A DNA stretch of 64,000 nucleotides from an uncultured Pelagibacteraceae bacterium (GTDB taxonomy: Bacteria > Pseudomonadota > Alphaproteobacteria > Pelagibacterales > Pelagibacteraceae). A program made the translations under genes and the position numbers. The stretch is from the NCBI GenBank assembly GCA_902552705.1, contig CACDHZ010000001.1:33594-97593 (forward strand), read 5' to 3'. Of the stretch, positions 20,301 through 29,959 are shown one piece after another. The notes under the pieces were generated by a model, which was given only the letters and a program-made list of their open reading frames with translations, searched no databases and was not told the origin of the DNA. The stretch's first letter is position 1, and the number at the start of each line of letters is the position of its first letter.

Positions 20301-20369
20301 AAATATGCCTCAGATGCAATTAAAAAATATAAAATTGATATTAACAAACCAATGCCAACAAAAATTTAA
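17307..20369 (+). CDS. aceE: Pyruvate dehydrogenase E1, homodimeric type, with N-terminal lipoyl domain
   Basis: N-terminal VPDIGE...ESDKSSVEIP lipoyl domain; DIDPLETQEWL, GDGEMDEPES ThDP motif, GEGLQHQDGHS. Confidence 0.95.
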   Translation: MTQKLVVPDIGEFEQVEVIELLVKAGDEIKINDPVVTIESDKSSVEIPSTVSGKINSISVKVGDKVSKGDLLLSIDSTKEILSEPSIKIPSENEIPKDTDSIIKQAEETLKVEKKEEVIHNEKFSKKDLIKTQISNNNDIDPLETQEWLESLSAVVEKDGNERAHFLIKELINKAYREGANIPYTQNTPYINTIPPEAEIKSNGDQNIERRIRSLIRWNAAAMVVRANKKFPELGGHIGTFASAATLYDVGMNHFWRAKNNKFGGDLVYFQGHSAPGMYARAFLEGRLTEKQLDSFRQEVNPGGLSSYPHPWLMPNFWQFPTVSMGLGPMLAIYQARYMKYLINRGLIKDEGRKVWAFLGDGEMDEPESLGAIGLAAREKLDNLIFVVNCNLQRLDGPVRGNGKIIQELEGIFRGAGWNVIKVIWGSYWDSLLANDKTGYLVKVMNETVDGEYQAMKARDGAYVREKFFGKYLETKELVSSLSDKDIWRLNRGGHDPHKVFAAYDKASKNVGSPTVIIAKTIKGYGMGKSGESVNTSHQTKKLDVNDLMYYRDRFDVPLTDQQVKNIQYYKPDQNSAEIKYIKERRLKLGGFIPERTTYAKPIKAPPKNIFDSMKESTGEKKMSTTMALVRMLTTLLRDKNVAPRLVPIIPDEARTFGMEGFFQKIGIYAHEGQKYEPEDVAQLSSYREEKSGQVLEEGITEAGAMSSWIAAGTSYTNHDIEMIPIYLFYSMFGFQRIGDFAWAGADSQSRGFLIGATAGRTTLAGEGLQHQDGHSHLMASTIPNCISYDPTFHYELAVIFRDGLKRMHEKKENIFYYITTMNENYSHPSIPQNKFCEEGILKGMYKIKEFSNHKKTKIQFLGSGTILREMMAGAEILDKEYKIDSEVWSVTSFNELRRDGLEVERYNLLNPDKEPKKSYVEKCLGKTEGPILAASDYMRMNSDQIRPYVNRSFYSLGTDGFGRSDTRENLRKFFEVDKEHIVAYGLSVLAKEQLIASKYASDAIKKYKIDINKPMPTKI

Positions 20370-20370
20370 A

Positions 20371-21300
20371 ATGATAAAAAAGGACTTTTTAGAAAATGTT
20401 TCAGCATCACCAAAGGCTAGAAAGTTTGCGAGAGAACTTGGCATTGATATAAATAAAGTTTCAGGTAGTGAAAGACAAGGAAGAGTAACTGAGAATGATA
20501 TCAAATTTTATATATCAAGGAATTATAATCAGGAATTTAATGATGAAAATAAAATAAATAAACAATTTAAAAAAGAATACTCACATTCAGACTTTGGAAC
20601 AATAGAAATTAAAGATATTCCAAGAGTTAAAAAATTGTCTTCAAAATATTTGACTAATTCATGGTCAACTATACCTCATGTTACAAATCATGATGAGGCA
20701 GATATAACTGAAATGGAGGAATTTAGAACTTCTTTAAAGGACATATATACTGGTGAAAAAAAAAAAATTACACCGTTAGCATTTATTATAAAAGCTCTTA
20801 CAGCATCACTAAAAAAATTTCCTAATTTTAATTCTTCAATTGATGAAATTGAAACTGGAAAAATGACTTTTAAAAAATATTATCATATTGGAATAGCAGT
20901 TGATACTCCTAACGGATTAATGGTGCCAAAGCTTAGAAATGCAGATAATAAAAATATTTCTTTAATTAGTGATGAATTAAAAAAAATTAGTGATGAATGT
21001 AGAAATCTCAAGATCGATAAAAAGGAATTATTTGGTGGATCAATGACAATTACAAGTCTAGGAGGAATTGGTGGTTCATTCTTTACACCTATAATCAATT
21101 ATCCTGAGGTAGCAATTTTAGGTATTGGAAAATCAGAAAAAAAACAAGTTTTTATAGACGGTAAATTTAAAACAAGAACCATACTTCCACTTTCATTATC
21201 TTATGATCACAGAATAATAGATGGTGCTGAAGCTTCCAGATTCAATAATGATCTAAAGGAAAATCTGGGAAAAAACTTTGCTTATAAATTAGCGATTTAA
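20371..21300 (+). CDS. aceF: Dihydrolipoamide acetyltransferase E2 lacking a lipoyl domain; start moved to ATG 20371
   Basis: Peripheral subunit-binding domain ASPKARKFARELGID..GRVTENDI, catalytic SYDHRIIDGA; no xDKx lipoyl domain. Confidence 0.9.
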   Translation: MIKKDFLENVSASPKARKFARELGIDINKVSGSERQGRVTENDIKFYISRNYNQEFNDENKINKQFKKEYSHSDFGTIEIKDIPRVKKLSSKYLTNSWSTIPHVTNHDEADITEMEEFRTSLKDIYTGEKKKITPLAFIIKALTASLKKFPNFNSSIDEIETGKMTFKKYYHIGIAVDTPNGLMVPKLRNADNKNISLISDELKKISDECRNLKIDKKELFGGSMTITSLGGIGGSFFTPIINYPEVAILGIGKSEKKQVFIDGKFKTRTILPLSLSYDHRIIDGAEASRFNNDLKENLGKNFAYKLAI

Positions 21301-21308
21301 AAATTTTT

Positions 21309-22196
21309 ATGACTAAAACAGTTTCATTATTAAGCGCACTGTTATGTACTTTTATTTGGGGAACTACATTTATAGCTCAAGATACAGGTATGGACGATAT
21401 TGGACCTTTTACATTTAATTCGGTTAGATTTTTTGTTGGATGCTTAGCTGTTGCGCCATTGGCTTTTATATTTGAAGGAAAAAATTTCTCAAAAATAATC
21501 CAAAAAAATAAAAAAACGTTTGTAAATTTATCTATTTTAATTGGGGTGTCTTTATTTCTAGGATCGGCATTACAACAAGTATCCTTATTGTATACTGATG
21601 TTGCTAATGCAGCCTTTTTTACTATTTTTTATGTTCCAATGGTACCATTCATAATTTTCTTTTTATATAAAAAGCCCATTCATTGGAGTATTTGGCCTTC
21701 AGTTTTTTTATGTGTTATGGGTGGTTATTTATTGACAAATTTTTACAGCGCAACCGTTAGACTTGGTGATGCACTTGTAATAATGGGGGCTTTTTTTTGG
21801 AGTACACATATAATTTTTTGTGGAAAGATTATAGAAAATTATAATCTCCCACTTACCATCGGTACTATTCAAACCTTTATAGTTGCTATATTGTCATTAT
21901 TTATAAGCTTGATCTTTGAAGATTTCATTTGGTCAAATATTTTGAAAGAAAAATTTCAAATTTTATATGCAGGTATTTTATCTGGAGGAATAGCATTCGT
22001 TCTTCAGATTTATGCCCAAAAAAATATTGCCCCTGCCCCTTCAGCAATTATATTTTCTTTAGAAGGAGTATTTGCAACAATAGCAGCATGGATTGTATTA
22101 AATCAAATTTTAGGTATAAATAATTTATTTGGGTGTTTATTTATTTTATTGGGAGTTTTATTTTCTCAATTAGTTCCAATTTTTAAAAAAAATTAA
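21309..22196 (+). CDS. DMT/EamA-family transporter
   Basis: About 10 TM segments, IWGTTF, SLEGVFA EamA repeats. Confidence 0.88.
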   Translation: MTKTVSLLSALLCTFIWGTTFIAQDTGMDDIGPFTFNSVRFFVGCLAVAPLAFIFEGKNFSKIIQKNKKTFVNLSILIGVSLFLGSALQQVSLLYTDVANAAFFTIFYVPMVPFIIFFLYKKPIHWSIWPSVFLCVMGGYLLTNFYSATVRLGDALVIMGAFFWSTHIIFCGKIIENYNLPLTIGTIQTFIVAILSLFISLIFEDFIWSNILKEKFQILYAGILSGGIAFVLQIYAQKNIAPAPSAIIFSLEGVFATIAAWIVLNQILGINNLFGCLFILLGVLFSQLVPIFKKN

Positions 22197-22960
22197 TTAT
22201 ATATTATTATAAATAAGATTATTGCCATTAAAATTCTATAATAAACAAATATATTTAAAGAAAATTTATTAATATATATTAAAAAAAATTTAACAGTAAA
22301 GTAGGAAAATAAAAAAGAAGAGATTATTGCTAAATAAACAAGATAATTAAAATCAAAGTTTTGTTCCAGAATATCTTTTAAACCTAATGTACTCGCACCT
22401 ACTAGTGCAGGTATAGATAGCAAGAAAGAGATTTTACTTGCATCCACTCTATTAAATTTAAAAATTCTTGCAGCAGTTATTGTGATTCCAGCTCTACTTA
22501 CTCCTGGTACTAAGGCAAGGACTTGAAATAAGCCTATATAAAAAATTGTTTTTAAGTTTAAATCTGTTGAAATATTTTTATATAATTTTCTTTTATCAGC
22601 GAAGTATAAAAGAATTCCAAAAATTAAAGTTGTCCAAGCAATTATTCTAATATCTCTAAACAAATAAATAGCATTTGTTTTATATAAAAGATAACCAATC
22701 ACAATCAATGGAATAGAACCAACAATAATTAAAAATAATAATTGTTTATTATTTTTTAAATCAAATAATTCTTTTTTAAAAAAAAATAAAATTGCTAACA
22801 AAGATCCAAAATGCAAACTAACATCTATTAATAATGAGCTGGATTTAAATTCATACAATGAAGATACTATAATTAAATGTGCGGATGAACTGATAGGTAA
22901 AAATTCAGAAATACCTTGTATGAGAGATAAAATTACAATTTCTATTATATTTGAAACCAT
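22193..22960 (-). CDS. uppP: Undecaprenyl-diphosphate phosphatase
   Basis: QGISEFLPISSSAH and PGVSRAG motifs. Confidence 0.95.
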   Translation of the reverse strand: MVSNIIEIVILSLIQGISEFLPISSSAHLIIVSSLYEFKSSSLLIDVSLHFGSLLAILFFFKKELFDLKNNKQLLFLIIVGSIPLIVIGYLLYKTNAIYLFRDIRIIAWTTLIFGILLYFADKRKLYKNISTDLNLKTIFYIGLFQVLALVPGVSRAGITITAARIFKFNRVDASKISFLLSIPALVGASTLGLKDILEQNFDFNYLVYLAIISSFLFSYFTVKFFLIYINKFSLNIFVYYRILMAIILFIIIYN

Positions 22961-23140
22961 TTTCTTTCGTAGCTTAAATAAAGTTTAAATCCAACAATTC
23001 CATGGCAGCATTTCAGGTATGCAAAAATGTAAAAATCCTTGATAATATTAATTTTTTTTAAAATAAGGGTCATATATATTGACCTAGTTAAGCTTTTATT
23101 ACTTAAAAAGCTGATATATTGTAAAAAAAAAAGGGTTAAA

Positions 23141-24580
23141 ATGTCACAAAAAATGCTTAAATTTGTAAAAATAGGTCAGCAAACACCACCTAAAAGAGAA
23201 ATATCTATTAGGAAAAATAATTTTAATGAAATTTACGATGAGTTTATTCAAGAAAAAGCTGGTGAGCAAGCAAGCAGATGTTCTCAGTGTGGGGTTCCAT
23301 TTTGCCAAGTTCATTGCCCACTAAGTAATAATATACCTGACTGGCTTAAATTAACAGCCGAAGGCAGAATAAAAGAAGCATACGAGCTAGCTCAGAGCAC
23401 AAACAATATGCCGGAAGTTTGTGGAAGAATATGCCCACAGGATAGACTGTGTGAGGGCAATTGTGTTATTGAACAATCTGGCCATGGAACTGTAACTATT
23501 GGTGCAGTTGAAAAATATATAACAGATACAGCCTGGGAAGAAGGATGGGTAAATTCTATAAAAGTTAAAAATGAAAAAAATCAAAGTGTAGGCATAATAG
23601 GTGCAGGACCTGCAGGTTTAGCCGCGGGAGAACAACTACGTAAATTAGGATATCAAATTACTATATATGATAGATATGACAGAGCAGGTGGACTTTTAAT
23701 ATATGGTATCCCCAATTTTAAACTAGAAAAGTTTGTAGTAGAGAGAAGAACTAAAATACTAAAAGAAAGTGGAATAAATATTATTCAGAATTTTGAAGTA
23801 GGTAAAGACTCAACTTTAGAGGAGTTAAGAAGAAAACATGATGCAATCCTAATAGCAACAGGAGTTTATAAAGCGAGAGAAGTTGATCTACCAGGTAAAG
23901 ATTTAGGAAATATTTTCCCGGCTATGGATTTTTTGACTGCATCAAATAGAAAGGGATTAGGAGATAAAGTTGAATTATTTGATAATGGAACTTTAAATGC
24001 TGAGGGAAAAGATGTTGTTGTAGTTGGTGGTGGTGACACAGCCATGGATTGCGTAAGAACTTCAGTAAGACAAAATGCAAAATCTGTAAAATGTTTATAT
24101 AGACGAGATAAAGAAAACATGCCAGGGTCTACACGTGAAGTTTTAAATGCTCAGGAAGAAGGTGTTGAATTTGTTTGGTTATCTAGTCCAAAAGCATTTA
24201 TTGGTAAGAATAAAGTTGAAAGTTTAATAGTAGATAAAATAAAATTAGGTGAACCAGACGATAGTGGAAGAAGAAAGCCTGAAATTAAAAAGAATTCAGA
24301 ATTTAAAATTAAAGCAGACATGGTTATAAAGGCATTAGGATTTGATCCTGAAAATTTACCAAAATTATTTGGTTCGAGAGATTTACAAATAACAAAATGG
24401 GGTACTTTAAAAGTAGATTTTGAAACTATGGAAACTAATTTATCAGGAGTATTTGCTGCAGGCGATATAGTTAGAGGAGCTTCTTTAGTTGTTTGGGCCA
24501 TTAGAGATGGAAGAGATGCTGCTGAAATGATTAAAAAATTTTTACAACGTAAAGAACATAAAAATTCAAAGGTTGCATGA
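23141..24580 (+). CDS. gltD: Glutamate synthase small subunit; start moved to ATG 23141
   Basis: RCSQCGVPFCQVHCP, CGRICPQDRLCE, GAGPAG, GGGDTAMD; AGGG RBS before 23141. Confidence 0.95.
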   Translation: MSQKMLKFVKIGQQTPPKREISIRKNNFNEIYDEFIQEKAGEQASRCSQCGVPFCQVHCPLSNNIPDWLKLTAEGRIKEAYELAQSTNNMPEVCGRICPQDRLCEGNCVIEQSGHGTVTIGAVEKYITDTAWEEGWVNSIKVKNEKNQSVGIIGAGPAGLAAGEQLRKLGYQITIYDRYDRAGGLLIYGIPNFKLEKFVVERRTKILKESGINIIQNFEVGKDSTLEELRRKHDAILIATGVYKAREVDLPGKDLGNIFPAMDFLTASNRKGLGDKVELFDNGTLNAEGKDVVVVGGGDTAMDCVRTSVRQNAKSVKCLYRRDKENMPGSTREVLNAQEEGVEFVWLSSPKAFIGKNKVESLIVDKIKLGEPDDSGRRKPEIKKNSEFKIKADMVIKALGFDPENLPKLFGSRDLQITKWGTLKVDFETMETNLSGVFAAGDIVRGASLVVWAIRDGRDAAEMIKKFLQRKEHKNSKVA

Positions 24581-27500
24581 TAAAAAATTATTTAAAAAAT
24601 CTTAAAACTTTAGAAAAGAATCACGTTTATTCAAAAACTATGGAACATGATGCTTGTGGTGTAGGGTTAATTGCATCTACTGAAGGCAAAAAATCAAGAA
24701 AAGTTGTAGAATATGGAATTAAGGCTCTAAAAGCAGTTTTTCACAGAGGGGCAGTTGATGCAGACGGAAAAACTGGAGATGGAGCAGGTATTCATTTGGA
24801 AATTCCATCTGATTTTTTTACTGAAAAAATCGAATTAACTGGGCATAAACACGATAATTCAGAAATTTGTATAGGTATGATTTTTCTACCAAGGAATAAT
24901 TATGAAGCTCAAGAAAATGCAAGAACTTTGGTTGAGAGCGAACTTACTAAAAGTAATTTTAGTATATATGGTTGGAGGCAAGTTCCAGTTAATACTAAGG
25001 TATTAGGAGAAAAAGCAAATCTTACAAGGCCTGAAATCACTCAAGTATTATTCAAAAACAATAATGATAAGATAAATGGAAAAAATCTTGAGAGAAAACT
25101 TTATGAGTCTAGAAGAAAAATTGAAAAAGAAGCAATTAAAATTTCATTAGAGGGCTTTTACATTTGTTCTTTAAGTTCAAAATCTATTATTTACAAAGGC
25201 ATGTTTTTAGCTGAGTCTATTGCAGATTTTTATGATGATCTAAATGATGAAAGATTTATATCTCGTTATGCAATATTTCATCAAAGATTTTCTACGAATA
25301 CAGCACCAAGTTGGGACCTCGCTCAGCCATTTAGAGCGATAGCTCATAATGGTGAGATAAATACATTAAAAGGAAATTATAATTGGATGAAAATTCATGA
25401 ACAAGAAATGTACAGTCCATTATTTGAAAATATAGAAAATCTAAAGCCCGTAATACCTGCTGGATCATCTGATTCAGCGTCTTTGGACAGTGTTTTTGAA
25501 TTACTAAATATTTCTGGTCAACCTGCTCCCCTAGCTAAATTAATGTTGATTCCTGACGCATGGTCAAAAAAGAGCAAGATATTACCTAAAGACCACCAAC
25601 AGTTGTTTAATTTTTTAAATAGCACAATGGAGCCATGGGACGGTCCAGCTGCAATAGCAGGAACTGATAACGAGTGGGTAATTGCTGCAACAGATAGAAA
25701 TGGTCTGCGTCCAATGAGGTACATGATTACAAAAGATAAAATTTTGTGTGCTGGTTCAGAAACAGGAATGATTGAAGTAGACGAAAAAAATATTATAAAA
25801 AAAGGAAGATTGGGACCCGGTGAAATAATTGGCGTTAGAATAGAAAAAGGTAAAGTATTTACAAACACTCAAATTAAAAATTATTTAGCAAAAGAGTATA
25901 AACATTTTAATAGTCAAATTATTGATTTGGATAAAAAACTATTAATAAAAAATGAAAAACCTATTTTTCATGGAGAAGAACTTAGAAAAAGACAGCACTC
26001 TTTTGGTTATAGTTTGGAGGATTTAGAATTAATTCTACATCCAATGGCTGAAGATGCAAAAGAGGCAACGGGCTCCATGGGCGATGATACCCCACTTGCT
26101 GTTCTTTCTGATAAATATAGACCACTTTATCATTTTTTTAGACAAAACTTTAGTCAGGTAACTAATCCTCCGATTGATTCATTAAGAGAAAATAAAGTAA
26201 TGAGTTTAAAAACAAGATTTGGAAATCTTGGAAATATTTTAGATTTTACAAATTTAACTGAAGATAATATTTATGTTTTAAATAGTCCTATTTTATCTAA
26301 TTCACAATTAGAAAAATTTATAAAGTTTTTTGGAAAAAATTCAGTATCAATTGATTGTACTTTTGATAAAAAAAATGAGACTCTTGAAATGGGAATTAAA
26401 AGAATTCAGCAAGAGTCAGAAATTTCAGCAAGACAAGGAATTACACAATTAATTTTAACTGATAAAAATATTTCTAAAGATAGACTAGCTATTCCAATGC
26501 TTTTAAGTGTTGGGGCAATTAATACCTACCTTGTTAAACATAAATTGAGAGGATATGTATCAATTAATGCTCAAACTGGAGAAGCATTAGACACTCATTC
26601 TTTTGCAACTCTTATTGGTGTTGGAGCAACAACAATAAATCCTTATTTGGCATTAGACAGTTTGTATCAAAGATATGAAAAAAAATTATTTGGTAAATAT
26701 GCATATGAAGAATGCATTGAGAGATTTATTAAATCAGTAAACCAAGGTTTATTAAAAATAATGTCTAAAATGGGAATATCAGTTTTAAGTTCATATAGAG
26801 GAGGATGTAATTTTGAGACAGTTGGTTTGAGTAGAACTATTGCTTCAGAATATTTTCCAGGTGTCTTATCAAAAATTTCTGGAATAGGACTTAGTGGAAT
26901 AGAAAATAAATTGAGAACTATTCATAAAGAAGCATTTGAGGAAAATAATTCAGTTTTGCCTATTGGTGGCTTATACAGATACAGAAGAAATGGAGAAACT
27001 CATCAATATCAAGGAAGATTAATACACTTGTTGCAAAGCTCAGTTAATTCAAATTCATTTAATGGTTACAAAAAATATGCTGAAGGAATTTACAATTTAC
27101 CACCAATTAATCTTAGAGATTTAATTGGATTTAGAGAAAGAAACTTAAATTCATCTATAGATATTTCCGAGGTAGAACCAATTGAAAATATTTTAAAAAG
27201 GTTTGGTAGTGGAAGCATGTCACATGGTGCTTTATCTAAAGAAGCACATGAAGCATTAGCGATAGGAATGAATAGAATTAAAGGGGCTTCTTGTAGTGGA
27301 GAAGGTGGTGAAGATGAAAAAAGATTTATAAAAATGGACAATGGAGATAGTGCCAATTCAAGGGTAAAACAAATAGCTTCTGCTAGATTTGGTGTAACTA
27401 TAAATTATTTAAATAACTGTAATGAAATTGAAATCAAGATCGCTCAAGGAGCAAAACCAGGAGAGGGTGGACAATTACCTGGATTTAAAGTAACAAATGA

Positions 27501-29088
27501 GATTGCAAAATTAAGACATTCTACTCCTGGAGTAACACTGATATCACCTCCACCTCATCACGATATATATTCAATCGAAGATCTTGCACAGCTAATATAT
27601 GATCTTAAACAAATTAATCCAAATGCTAGAGTTGGAGTAAAACTAGTTGCATCTTCTGGTATTGGAACAATTGCGGCTGGTGTGGCTAAAGCGAAAGCAG
27701 ATATAATTTTAATTTCAGGTCATAATGGAGGCACAGGAGCCACTCCTCAAACAAGTGTTAAATATGTTGGTATTCCTTGGGAAATGGGTTTAACAGAGGC
27801 CAATCAAGTTTTAACGCTAAATAACTTAAGACATAAAGTAACACTTAGAACAGATGGTGGAATTAAAACAGGTAGAGATGTGGTTATAGCTGCAATGATG
27901 GGAGCTGAAGAATATGGTGTTGCAACAACAGCACTCGTAGCAATGGGGTGTATAATGGTAAGACAATGTCATTCAAATACTTGTCCGGTAGGAGTTTGTA
28001 CACAAGACGAGACATTAAGAAAAAAATTTACTGGAACTCCAGACAAAGTAGTTAATTTATTTACTTTTATTGCACAAGAAGTAAGAGAAATTTTGGCTAA
28101 AATAGGATTTAAGTCTTTAAATGAAATAATTGGAAGAACTGACTTATTAAGACAAATAAGTAAAGCTTCCTCAAATTTAGATGATTTAGATTTAAATCCA
28201 CTTTTTGTTCAAGCTGATCCTGGAGAAAATTTGAGATATTGTGAAAAACAAGAAATTAATTTTGTTCCAGACACTTTAGACCAAGAAATTATACCTGAAA
28301 TAGTAGATAAAATCGGAAAAGTAAAAATAATTGAAAAAGAGTTTAATATTAAAAATATTCATAGAACTGTAGGAACAAGAATCTCTCATTACTTGTATAA
28401 AAAATATGGTAATGAAAAATTAGAAAGTGATTTTCTAACACTTCAATTTATAGGCTCTGCAGGACAATCTTTTGGAGCTTTTGCAATTAAAGGGCTAAAA
28501 CTTCTCCTTAAAGGGGATGCTAATGATTATGTAGGGAAAGGTTTATCTGGAGCTACATTATCAATCAAACTATCAGACGAAAGTAAAATTATCTCTAATG
28601 AAAATACTATAATTGGTAATACAGTATTATACGGAGCAACCTCAGGAAAACTTTTTGCAGCAGGCCAAGCAGGTGAAAGATTTGCAGTAAGAAACTCAGG
28701 AGCATTAGCAGTTATAGAAGGTTGTGGTTCAAATGCTTGTGAGTATATGACCGGTGGAGCAGTTGTTATACTTGGTGATATAGGAGATAATTTTGGTGCT
28801 GGAATGACTGGAGGTATGGCTTTTATTTATGATCCTTATAAAGAGTTTACAAAAAAAGTTAATCCAGAAAGTGTAATTTGGCAATCACCCGAAACAAATT
28901 ATTGGATAAACTACTTAAAAGAATTATTAGAAGAACATTTTAGAGAAACTGGATCAGTTATATCAAAAAAAATAATTGAAAATTTTGATCAAGAAATTTC
29001 TAATTTTGTTCAGGTTTGTCCAAAAGAAATGCTAGATAAAATATCAAATCCAATAACTTTAAAACCTATTATTAAAGAAGTAAGCTAA
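24577..29088 (+). CDS. gltB: Glutamate synthase large subunit
   Basis: EHDACGVG N-terminal amidotransferase Cys, HQRFSTNT, QGAKPGEGG, CIMVRQCHSNTC. Confidence 0.98.
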   Translation: MIKNYLKNLKTLEKNHVYSKTMEHDACGVGLIASTEGKKSRKVVEYGIKALKAVFHRGAVDADGKTGDGAGIHLEIPSDFFTEKIELTGHKHDNSEICIGMIFLPRNNYEAQENARTLVESELTKSNFSIYGWRQVPVNTKVLGEKANLTRPEITQVLFKNNNDKINGKNLERKLYESRRKIEKEAIKISLEGFYICSLSSKSIIYKGMFLAESIADFYDDLNDERFISRYAIFHQRFSTNTAPSWDLAQPFRAIAHNGEINTLKGNYNWMKIHEQEMYSPLFENIENLKPVIPAGSSDSASLDSVFELLNISGQPAPLAKLMLIPDAWSKKSKILPKDHQQLFNFLNSTMEPWDGPAAIAGTDNEWVIAATDRNGLRPMRYMITKDKILCAGSETGMIEVDEKNIIKKGRLGPGEIIGVRIEKGKVFTNTQIKNYLAKEYKHFNSQIIDLDKKLLIKNEKPIFHGEELRKRQHSFGYSLEDLELILHPMAEDAKEATGSMGDDTPLAVLSDKYRPLYHFFRQNFSQVTNPPIDSLRENKVMSLKTRFGNLGNILDFTNLTEDNIYVLNSPILSNSQLEKFIKFFGKNSVSIDCTFDKKNETLEMGIKRIQQESEISARQGITQLILTDKNISKDRLAIPMLLSVGAINTYLVKHKLRGYVSINAQTGEALDTHSFATLIGVGATTINPYLALDSLYQRYEKKLFGKYAYEECIERFIKSVNQGLLKIMSKMGISVLSSYRGGCNFETVGLSRTIASEYFPGVLSKISGIGLSGIENKLRTIHKEAFEENNSVLPIGGLYRYRRNGETHQYQGRLIHLLQSSVNSNSFNGYKKYAEGIYNLPPINLRDLIGFRERNLNSSIDISEVEPIENILKRFGSGSMSHGALSKEAHEALAIGMNRIKGASCSGEGGEDEKRFIKMDNGDSANSRVKQIASARFGVTINYLNNCNEIEIKIAQGAKPGEGGQLPGFKVTNEIAKLRHSTPGVTLISPPPHHDIYSIEDLAQLIYDLKQINPNARVGVKLVASSGIGTIAAGVAKAKADIILISGHNGGTGATPQTSVKYVGIPWEMGLTEANQVLTLNNLRHKVTLRTDGGIKTGRDVVIAAMMGAEEYGVATTALVAMGCIMVRQCHSNTCPVGVCTQDETLRKKFTGTPDKVVNLFTFIAQEVREILAKIGFKSLNEIIGRTDLLRQISKASSNLDDLDLNPLFVQADPGENLRYCEKQEINFVPDTLDQEIIPEIVDKIGKVKIIEKEFNIKNIHRTVGTRISHYLYKKYGNEKLESDFLTLQFIGSAGQSFGAFAIKGLKLLLKGDANDYVGKGLSGATLSIKLSDESKIISNENTIIGNTVLYGATSGKLFAAGQAGERFAVRNSGALAVIEGCGSNACEYMTGGAVVILGDIGDNFGAGMTGGMAFIYDPYKEFTKKVNPESVIWQSPETNYWINYLKELLEEHFRETGSVISKKIIENFDQEISNFVQVCPKEMLDKISNPITLKPIIKEVS

Positions 29089-29089
29089 A

Positions 29090-29959
29090 GTGAAAAAAAT
29101 AAATATTGTTTGTTTTGGTTTTGGTCAAGTTGCAAAATCTTTTGTAAAAAAACTATGCTTCGAAAATTATTCTTTTAACTTGGTCACCACAACAAGACAA
29201 AGCACTTGTGAAAAAGAATTTGAAAATATTAAATACAAATGTTTCAAATTTGATGGTGATATTTTTGATGAAAATATTATAGAAAAAATTAAAAAAGCTA
29301 CTCATATATTGGTTTCTACACCTCCACAAGCAGAAGACGGTATAATTAAAAATTTTTCAAAATATTTTGAAAACAATTATTCTTTAAAGTGGTTCGGGTA
29401 TCTTTCTTCAACAGGTGTTTACGGAAATCACAATGGCAAGTGGGTTAACGAGGGAACAATTGCCGATCCTACTTCAGAAAGAGGAAAAAAAAGACTTGAG
29501 GCAGAAGTAAAGCTAAAAAATTTAAATATTCCACTTATCATTTTCCGCTTATCTGGAATTTATTCGAATGAAGATAATGTATTCAATAGGATTAAAAAAA
29601 ATAATATGAAAATTGTTGAAATGGAAAATCAAATTTTTTCAAGAATTCATGTAGATGATATTGCTAATATTTTATATTTATCTTTAAAACTTAAAAAAAT
29701 AAATAAAGGTGAAATTTTTAATTTAAGCGATAACTATCCGTGTTCTTATAAAGAAGTTGTGGAATATGCATGTAAATTATTAAAAATTTCTTCACCTAAA
29801 ACAATTTTGTTTAATGAACTTGAAGATGGTCGACTCAAAGATTTTTATAGAGACTCTAAAAAAGTAAGTAATAAAAAAATTAAAGAATATTTTAAATATA
29901 AACTTAAATATCCAACTTACATAGAAGGATTAAGACAAGTTAAAAATCATATTGTTTAA
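29090..29959 (+). CDS. NAD-dependent epimerase/dehydratase (atypical SDR, YeeZ-like)
   Basis: GFGQVA, YLSSTGVYG, RLSGIY, SRIHVDDI. Confidence 0.8.
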   Translation: MKKINIVCFGFGQVAKSFVKKLCFENYSFNLVTTTRQSTCEKEFENIKYKCFKFDGDIFDENIIEKIKKATHILVSTPPQAEDGIIKNFSKYFENNYSLKWFGYLSSTGVYGNHNGKWVNEGTIADPTSERGKKRLEAEVKLKNLNIPLIIFRLSGIYSNEDNVFNRIKKNNMKIVEMENQIFSRIHVDDIANILYLSLKLKKINKGEIFNLSDNYPCSYKEVVEYACKLLKISSPKTILFNELEDGRLKDFYRDSKKVSNKKIKEYFKYKLKYPTYIEGLRQVKNHIV

